Source: Escherichia coli (GTDB lineage: Bacteria > Pseudomonadota > Gammaproteobacteria > Enterobacterales > Enterobacteriaceae). From it: DNA of 64,000 bases. Position 1 is the first letter of the stretch. Each line of letters begins with the position of its first letter. The DNA lies in NCBI RefSeq assembly GCF_041886205.1, contig NZ_CP169029.1; one strand, 5' to 3'. The notes below the pieces were generated by a model, which saw nothing but the letters and a program-made list of their open reading frames with translations, did no database searches and had not been told where the DNA came from. Shown here one piece after another: positions 57,884 to 64,000 of this stretch. The position numbers were made by a program, and so were the translations under genes.

Positions 57884-58197
57884 AACAGTCAATTGTCTCA
57901 CTGGCGCAAGTCATTCGTTCGAAAAATGCCGGACCTTACGAACTGGTTTTAGATATTTTATTTAAAACTAAAGAAAACTATGAGCGAGTTAAATCATCAG
58001 GGCAATTAACCCCAGAACTGATTGCGCGCTTATATCATGTTGAACCTGACTTTATTCATCGTATTGTCTGGTTTGATCCTTCTAACGCAGTAAAAATCGT
58101 CATGCCACGAGATATTATCTCCGGGAATGTAGGTGACAATGATGTCTATGGTGCACAGCAACATGCACCTTTATTAAATATGAGTTTCGATTTGTAA
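57880..58197 (+). CDS. Uncharacterised small protein, 105 aa (DUF4387-like), translationally coupled to the preceding gene
   Basis: ATG overlaps the upstream stop (ATGA); this small partner commonly accompanies the AtuA-like family. Confidence 0.6.
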   Translation: MKQSIVSLAQVIRSKNAGPYELVLDILFKTKENYERVKSSGQLTPELIARLYHVEPDFIHRIVWFDPSNAVKIVMPRDIISGNVGDNDVYGAQQHAPLLNMSFDL

Positions 58198-58280
58198 AAA
58201 TCCGAACACTTTTAGCCAACTGACATCCCGTCACTTATTGCAGTTCAACACTTCAGCTATTTGTAAGGTTGTAATAGCAG

Positions 58281-58330
58281 GTAGATGCCTGAATCTCTAT
58301 TCAGGCATCTACTTCTCCTGATTCTGATTT
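58281..58330 (+). terminator. Rho-independent terminator after the mutase/lyase genes
   Basis: Perfect 14-bp stem GTAGATGCCTGAAT-CTCT-ATTCAGGCATCTAC followed by TTCTCCTGATTCTGATTT. Confidence 0.75.
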
Positions 58331-58336
58331 ATCGCC

Positions 58337-59638
58337 GTGCACCTGATGGAGGAAAAAATGAAGAAAATAAGTTTAACCACGATGATTCTTTTGGCGCTGG
58401 TACTTGGAATGATTATCGGCGTAGTGCTCAATAACACTGCTTCACCGGAAACAGCAAAACTCTATGCGCAAGAAATATCGATATTCACGACGATTTTCTT
58501 ACGACTGATAAAAATGATTATCGCTCCGCTAGTGGTTTCTACCCTGGTGGTAGGTATTGCTAAAATGGGCGATGCCAAAGCCCTTGGCCGTATTTTTTCT
58601 AAAACACTCTTTTTATTTATTTGCGCCTCATTGCTATCAATTGCCTTAGGCTTGATAACGGTAAATTTCTTCATGCCAGGTACAGGAATTAATTTTGTTG
58701 CACACGGTGCCGAAACCACTGGAGTGGTCGCGTCAGAACCCTTCACGCTAAAAGTATTTATTTCGCATGCTTTCCCCACCAGCATTGTCGATGCCATGGC
58801 GCACAATGAAATTTTGCAAATCGTGGTGTTCTCAATTTTCCTCGGCTGTAGCCTGACGGCGATTGGCGAGAAAGGCAGCGCCATCGTTCACGCCTTAGAT
58901 TCGCTGGCACATGCCATGTTAAAGCTCACTGGCTACGTCATGCTCTTCGCTCCCCTGACCGTATTCGCCGCTATTTCAGCATTGATTGCTGAACGAGGAC
59001 TGGCAGTTATGGTGAGCGCCGGGATCTTTATGGGTGAATTTTATTTCACCATGTTATTACTTTGGGTGCTGCTTATCGGTCTGGCCATCGTTTATGTCGG
59101 CCCCTGCATCAGACGCCTGACCCGCGCCCTTTCGGAACCCGCCCTGCTGGCATTTACCACATCCAGTTCTGAAGCGGCTTTTCCGGGAACGCTTGAAAAA
59201 CTGGAGCAATTTGGCGTTTCCCCCAAAATTGCCAGCTTTGTCTTACCCATTGGCTACTCATTTAATCTCGTTGGATCAATGGCCTACTGCTCCTTCGCCA
59301 CCGTTTTCATCGCCCAGGCCTGCAATATCCATTTATCCATCGGTGAGCAAATCACCATGCTGTTGATCCTGATGTTGACCTCGAAAGGAATGGCTGGCGT
59401 ACCACGCGCCTCAATGGTGGTTATCGCCGCCACGCTCAACCAGTTCAATATTCCGGAAGCGGGGCTGATCTTGCTGATGGGCGTTGATCCGTTCCTTGAT
59501 ATGGGGCGTTCCGCGACAAACGTCATGAGCAACGCAATGGGCGCTGCGATGGTGAGTCGGTGGGAAGGCGAACATTTCGGCGAGGGCTGTCGGGGTAAAG
59601 CATTAAAATCCAATGAATCGAACGTTGCTCTGCCCTGA
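58337..59638 (+). CDS. Dicarboxylate/amino acid:cation symporter (DAACS, GltP/DctA-like)
   Basis: 433-aa polytopic membrane protein with DAACS-like motifs (…LTSKGMAGVPRASMVVIAATL…). True start may be the downstream MKKISL (58358). Confidence 0.8.
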   Translation: MHLMEEKMKKISLTTMILLALVLGMIIGVVLNNTASPETAKLYAQEISIFTTIFLRLIKMIIAPLVVSTLVVGIAKMGDAKALGRIFSKTLFLFICASLLSIALGLITVNFFMPGTGINFVAHGAETTGVVASEPFTLKVFISHAFPTSIVDAMAHNEILQIVVFSIFLGCSLTAIGEKGSAIVHALDSLAHAMLKLTGYVMLFAPLTVFAAISALIAERGLAVMVSAGIFMGEFYFTMLLLWVLLIGLAIVYVGPCIRRLTRALSEPALLAFTTSSSEAAFPGTLEKLEQFGVSPKIASFVLPIGYSFNLVGSMAYCSFATVFIAQACNIHLSIGEQITMLLILMLTSKGMAGVPRASMVVIAATLNQFNIPEAGLILLMGVDPFLDMGRSATNVMSNAMGAAMVSRWEGEHFGEGCRGKALKSNESNVALP

Positions 59639-59745
59639 GGGGGATCTTAAGCAATCAGAAGCCAATGACTACGTATTTTTATAAGCCGGATCATGAAGTT
59701 AGACGGCAATTAAGTAACACTAACGTTTAAGGTGAAAAGTGAAAT

Positions 59746-61398
59746 ATGTCCAAACCTTTTATCTGGCAAGAACCGTTTCTACAAAATAAAGACGGTACAG
59801 AATATACATTAATTAGCGATCAACATATTACAGTAACGGAATTAGACGGCGAAGAAGTGATAAAAATCGCTCCTGAAGCATTAACGCTGCTTGCCCGGCA
59901 GGCATTTTATGAAGCCTCTTTTTTCTTACGTTCCGCTCATTTGCAACAGGTCGCCAGCATTCTTAACGATCCGCAGGCCAGTAGTAATGATAAATACGTT
60001 GCGTTGCAGTTATTACGTAATGCTGAAGTCTCAGCAAAAGGGGTATTACCCAACTGTCAGGATACCGGCACCGCAACTATTGTTGCCAGTAAAGGGCAAC
60101 AGATATGGACCGGAGGTAACGACGCCGAAGCCTTAAGCAAAGGCATTTACACCACTTTTCAGGAAAATAATCTGCGCTTTTCACAAAATGCGCCGCTGGA
60201 TATGTATACCGAAGTCAATACGCAAACCAATCTCCCGGCGCAGATTGATATCAGCGCTGTCGCTGGTAATGAGTACCATTTTCTCTGTGTTAATAAAGGG
60301 GGCGGCTCTGCCAATAAAGCCGCGCTTTATCAGGAAACCAAATCCTTATTGCAACCAGAAAAACTGACCGCATTTTTAATCGAAAAAATGAAATCGCTGG
60401 GCACCGCTGCCTGCCCGTCTTATCACATCGCCTTTGTCGTCGGAGGGCTTTCAGCCGATCAAACCTTAAAAGTTGCCAAGCTGGCTTCTACGAAATATTT
60501 CGACAATTTGCCCACCAGCGGAAACGAGCAGGGACAAGCATTCCGTGATATTGAGCTGGAAAAAGCGTTGCTCGAGGCCAGTCAGCAATTTGGTATTGGT
60601 GCGCAATTTGGGGGTAAATATTTCGCTCATGATATTCGCGTCATTCGTCTGCCGCGTCACGGTGGCTCTTGCCCGATAGCTATGGCGCTCTCCTGTTCAG
60701 CCGATCGCAATATCAAAGCAAAAATTAACAAACACGGTATCTGGCTGGAAAAACTCGAACACAATCCGGGGCAATATATTCCAGCCTCACTGCGGGAAGA
60801 AAATCACGCGCAACATGTACAACTGGATCTAAACCGTCCGTTGCGTGACGTGATGCAGGATCTCGCCAGATTACCGGTAGGCACCCGCGTGTCGTTAAGT
60901 GGTCCCATCGTAGTGGCGCGCGATATCGCCCACGCCAAAATAAAAGCGCGGCTGGATAGCGGCGAACCGATGCCGGATTACCTGAAGCATCATATTGTCT
61001 ATTACGCTGGCCCGGCGAAAACACCGGAGAACATGGCCTGCGGTTCACTGGGTCCAACCACGGGCGGTCGAATGGACGGTTATGTCGATACCTTCCAGGC
61101 GGCTGGCGGCAGTCTGGTGATGTTATCGAAAGGTAACCGCAGCCAGCAGGTCACCGATGCCTGTCACAAACATGGCGGCTTCAATCTGGGAAGTATTGGC
61201 GGTGCAGCTGCGTTACTGGCGCAAGAATATGTCAAAAGTCTGCGTTGCCTGGAATACCCGGAGCTGGGTATGGAAGCGGTGTGGATGATGGAAGTGGAAA
61301 ATCTGCCCGCATTCATCCTGGTAGATGATAAAGGCAATAATTTCTTTAGTCAGTTTGAGCAGCAACACCGCTGCGCCAGTTGCCCTGCGGGACATTAA
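59746..61398 (+). CDS. Class I (Fe-S) fumarate hydratase paralogue, candidate mesaconase
   Basis: 550 aa, collinear with FumA/FumB (…[11 protein letters not shown]…, …[11 protein letters not shown]…, …[16 protein letters not shown]…) but clearly diverged. Confidence 0.85.
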   Translation: MSKPFIWQEPFLQNKDGTEYTLISDQHITVTELDGEEVIKIAPEALTLLARQAFYEASFFLRSAHLQQVASILNDPQASSNDKYVALQLLRNAEVSAKGVLPNCQDTGTATIVASKGQQIWTGGNDAEALSKGIYTTFQENNLRFSQNAPLDMYTEVNTQTNLPAQIDISAVAGNEYHFLCVNKGGGSANKAALYQETKSLLQPEKLTAFLIEKMKSLGTAACPSYHIAFVVGGLSADQTLKVAKLASTKYFDNLPTSGNEQGQAFRDIELEKALLEASQQFGIGAQFGGKYFAHDIRVIRLPRHGGSCPIAMALSCSADRNIKAKINKHGIWLEKLEHNPGQYIPASLREENHAQHVQLDLNRPLRDVMQDLARLPVGTRVSLSGPIVVARDIAHAKIKARLDSGEPMPDYLKHHIVYYAGPAKTPENMACGSLGPTTGGRMDGYVDTFQAAGGSLVMLSKGNRSQQVTDACHKHGGFNLGSIGGAAALLAQEYVKSLRCLEYPELGMEAVWMMEVENLPAFILVDDKGNNFFSQFEQQHRCASCPAGH

Positions 61399-61407
61399 GG
61401 AAAATGA

Positions 61408-62010
61408 ATGGAAGCGCGAATTTCAACTGAACGGCATGTGCAGCGCCAACAGAAATTGAAGGAACAGGTCGATACGCGCGTCGCGGCGGCGATAGAGAAA
61501 AAAGGGATCTTGATTGTTTTCACCGGCAACGGCAAAGGGAAATCCACTGCCGCGTTTGGTACTGTGACGCGCGCGGTGGGTCATGGCAAAACGGTGGGGG
61601 TTGCGCAGTACATCAAGGGGCAATGGGACAACGGCGAATACAACCTTCTCCAGCCGCTGGGGGTTGAGTTTCATATTATGGGAACCGGTTTTACCTGGGA
61701 GACACAGAACCGGCAAGCGGATATCGACGCGGCGAAAGAGGTCTGGTCGGAAAGCAAACGGATGCTGGCTGACAAGCGTTACGACTTAGTGGTGCTTGAT
61801 GAGCTGACCTATATGCTGGCTTACCATTATCTGGATACCGAAGAAGTGATCGCTTCTCTGCAAAACCGCCCGGCACAACAAAGTGTCATTGTCACCGGAC
61901 GCGGTTGCCACAGTCAGATATTAAAAATGGCGGATACGGTAAGCGAAATCCGTCCCGTCAAACATGCTTTTGATAACGGCATTCAGGCCCAGCCGGGTAT
62001 CGACTGGTAA
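61408..62010 (+). CDS. Cob(I)yrinic acid a,c-diamide / corrinoid adenosyltransferase paralogue (BtuR/CobO family)
   Basis: 200 aa, …ILIVFTGNGKGKSTAAFG… P-loop, collinear with BtuR. Confidence 0.85.
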   Translation: MEARISTERHVQRQQKLKEQVDTRVAAAIEKKGILIVFTGNGKGKSTAAFGTVTRAVGHGKTVGVAQYIKGQWDNGEYNLLQPLGVEFHIMGTGFTWETQNRQADIDAAKEVWSESKRMLADKRYDLVVLDELTYMLAYHYLDTEEVIASLQNRPAQQSVIVTGRGCHSQILKMADTVSEIRPVKHAFDNGIQAQPGIDW

Positions 62011-62013
62011 TAA

Positions 62014-62046
62014 CTGCGCCTGGCATCCCGCCAGGCGCAGGTTTTA
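62014..62046. terminator. Hairpin between convergent genes (likely bidirectional terminator)
   Basis: CTGCGCCTGGC-ATCCC-GCCAGGCGCAG followed by GTTTTAC. Confidence 0.6.
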
Positions 62047-62949
62047 CATCTCCTGCGGTACGACCGATTTCACCAGCAACCATTCACGAAATTGCTGCAA
62101 GTGCGGTGAGTCAGACTTCTCTTCCTGCCACGTCATAATAAAACGATTACCGGTACGAATAGGCACATCACAGGGGATCACCATATCGCCACTATCCAAA
62201 TCATGTTGAATAGCGAACCGTGGTAACAGCGCCACGCCGAGATTAGAGCGCACGGCGGCAATCAGCATTGAAAGCAAATCGAAACGTGGTCCGTTGTTGA
62301 CCAGCGGACTGCTAACGCCAGATAAAGCAAACCACTCTTCCCAGCCAGTAATACGGGTGCTTTGATGCAGAAGTGGTAACTCAGTAAGCAGTTCTGCCAC
62401 TGACAGTTTTTGATCGGACATTGCAAGCAAACTGCCACTGCATACCGGCAAAATCTCCTCTTCAAAGAGATATTCTACTTCCGCCCAGGGCGCGCAAAAA
62501 TTTTCGCGCATAATGACAGCATCGTACTCCCGATTAAGAAAATCGCCGTTATTAGCTAAAGAATGAATATTAACAATAATATCGGGATGTAACTTTGTGA
62601 ATTCATGTAAATTTGGGATTAACCAGTGGGTACTAAAAGTAGGATTAACGGCAAGTTCAATAACCTGAACCGTAGGCTGCCAGGTCATAATGGTATTGGT
62701 ATCGCGTTCCAGCTTATTTAATGTTTCTTTTACTATCCCCAGGTAATACTTCCCTGCATCATTAAGAAAAATGCGTTTTTTAGAGTGTGAAAATAATGGA
62801 GTATGTAAAAATTCCTCCAGCGCACTTACTTGTCTGAATACAGCACTTTGGGTTAACGCTAACTCCTCTGCCGCTCTGGTATAACTTTCATGACGTGCGA
62901 CGACCTCAAAAGTCACCAGCAGTTCCGTTTTAGGTATTTTCCCTCGCAT
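62044..62949 (-). CDS. LysR-family transcriptional regulator
   Basis: 301 aa, N-terminal HTH (…VTFEVVARHESYTRAAEELALTQSAVFRQVSALEE…). Confidence 0.85.
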   Translation of the reverse strand: MRGKIPKTELLVTFEVVARHESYTRAAEELALTQSAVFRQVSALEEFLHTPLFSHSKKRIFLNDAGKYYLGIVKETLNKLERDTNTIMTWQPTVQVIELAVNPTFSTHWLIPNLHEFTKLHPDIIVNIHSLANNGDFLNREYDAVIMRENFCAPWAEVEYLFEEEILPVCSGSLLAMSDQKLSVAELLTELPLLHQSTRITGWEEWFALSGVSSPLVNNGPRFDLLSMLIAAVRSNLGVALLPRFAIQHDLDSGDMVIPCDVPIRTGNRFIMTWQEEKSDSPHLQQFREWLLVKSVVPQEM

Positions 62950-63159
62950 AATGCCTTCCGTGAAAAAAATAACAATTCAAAAATTATTTTATAAAAAACA
63001 GTAGCACTAATGAATATCATAATTCAAATAAACAAACCAGTCAGCTATATGTCCAACCAGAAAAATAAAGTGACAATAATCCTAAAACAGTAATTTCACC
63101 TCAGTTATCCACATGCAATACTTTAAAAATATTATTGCAAGAATATTATTCATATACAT

Positions 63160-63295
63160 GAATATACTCTAAATAAGTCGAGTTGCAGGAAGGGAACAAA
63201 TAATGAATCTCCAGAAGATTACATAAGTAAGTGACCTGGGTGAGCGAACATCGATGCAGCACATGCAACTTGAATTATGACAAGTATACAATGAT
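63160..63295. repeat. ERIC/IRU element (second copy in window)
   Basis: …GAGTTGCAGGAAGGGAAC…ACATAAGTAAGTGACCTGGGTGAGCGAAC…GCAGCACATGCAACTTGAA…, about 85% identical to the copy at 17430-17560. Confidence 0.8.
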
Positions 63296-63539
63296 AAATT
63301 TAGATACCCTATGTTATATATTATCTATGTCCGGTTAAATTGAATGAGTCATGGCCTTAAAAGACTTCGCAAAAGATTATTTCTCTTTAACAATAAGCCA
63401 GATTTACCACTTGTAAAAATTGCTATCGCCACATACACTACGCGCGTTTTCTTTCCCTTTTGCTGGCTGCTGACCGGAAAGACAAAATTACCCTCGCAAT
63501 ACAGGGGGGTGTTTAACGTCTATATTTCAGGATAGCGTT

Positions 63540-64000
63540 ATGCATCATCTTTCAAGGTTTGATAAAGCCTTTCTGCGCAAAGGGATCCAACTTTCCCGCG
63601 CCAACAATATTGTTTCATTATCTCGTCCATCAGGTGCCAGTGCCCGCGTACTGTTGCCGGACGAACTGCCACTGGAAGAAAAAGCAGTGACACAACTGCT
63701 TGATTTTGCAGAAGTGAAGCTACCAGACCATCCAGGTTATGTACGCCAGACGTGCGCGACGCCAGATTTTCACCCCGGCAATGGCGTCCCCGTTGGCGCG
63801 GTGGTGGCCTCAACGCCGGATTTAGTCATTCCCGCCGCCATCGGCACCGATATTTCTTGCGGCATGCGGCTGCTAACGACTGGATTAACACTTGAACAAG
63901 CCGAAGCGCATAAAGACGTCATCACTCAGCGGTTAACGCAAGTGCTACTGCAAAATGAGCGCGATGTTCCGTTATCCGCACAGGCGTTCACCGCGCTTTT
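63540..64000 (+). CDS. RtcB-family RNA ligase paralogue, N-terminal part (gene runs past window end)
   Basis: Own translation MHHLSRFDKAFLRKGIQLSRANN…TPDFHPGNGVPVGAVVASTPDLVIPAAIGTDISCGMRLL… contains the RtcB metal-site motifs (PDxH…G, IGxDIxCGM). Confidence 0.7.
   Translation, partial: MHHLSRFDKAFLRKGIQLSRANNIVSLSRPSGASARVLLPDELPLEEKAVTQLLDFAEVKLPDHPGYVRQTCATPDFHPGNGVPVGAVVASTPDLVIPAAIGTDISCGMRLLTTGLTLEQAEAHKDVITQRLTQVLLQNERDVPLSAQAFTAL

Noticed and set aside
63538-63813. 91-aa minus-strand ORF
   Set aside because: Antisense to the RtcB-like reading frame, which carries conserved catalytic motifs.

Overview
This window reads as an Escherichia coli chromosomal segment (tol-pal / gal / mod / ybh neighbourhood, reverse-complemented relative to the usual K-12 map) with two accessory blocks at its ends. 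All calls are from reading the sequence and ORF translations against remembered protein families; no database search was run.

1) Positions 1-13648: a defective, mosaic lambdoid prophage sitting at the lambda attachment site. It has a lambda-type int-xis-ea8.5 arm and a recognisable attL core. The whole immunity, recombination and replication-origin region is deleted, leaving O and P remnants. It carries DLP12-like nin-region genes with emrE, an IS3-family element inserted in ybcN, Q, an antisense porin, and a phage-21-type lysis cassette whose endolysin has an in-frame amber stop. At the left edge are a TrkG-type K+ transporter and a translationally coupled ParB-like / unknown gene pair.

2) Positions 13649-49170: conserved core genes, in order ybhC, ybhJ-ybhI-ybhH, ybhD, pgl, ybhA, modCBA, acrZ, modEF, galETKM, gpmA, aroG, ybgS, zitB, pnuC-nadA, a seven-tRNA Lys/Val operon, cpoB-pal-tolBARQ-ybgC, ybgE-cydX-cydBA. 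Recognisable operators (gal OE/OI, ModE, TyrR, NadR boxes), REP and ERIC repeats are present.

3) Positions 49170-64000: an accessory island where I would expect the mannosyl-glycerate genes of K-12. It starts with two AT-rich genes of unrecognisable function. These are followed by a B12-dependent glutamate mutase / methylaspartate ammonia-lyase (mesaconate pathway) cluster, which also contains an uncharacterised two-gene pair, a transporter, a class I fumarase paralogue, a corrinoid adenosyltransferase paralogue and a LysR regulator. The window ends in a partial RtcB-family gene.

The best candidates for something undescribed are the two AT-rich island genes (49972-51480), the uncharacterised pair inside the mutase operon (56513-58197), and the ParB-like / unknown pair in the prophage (1-1359). 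No CRISPR array was found.
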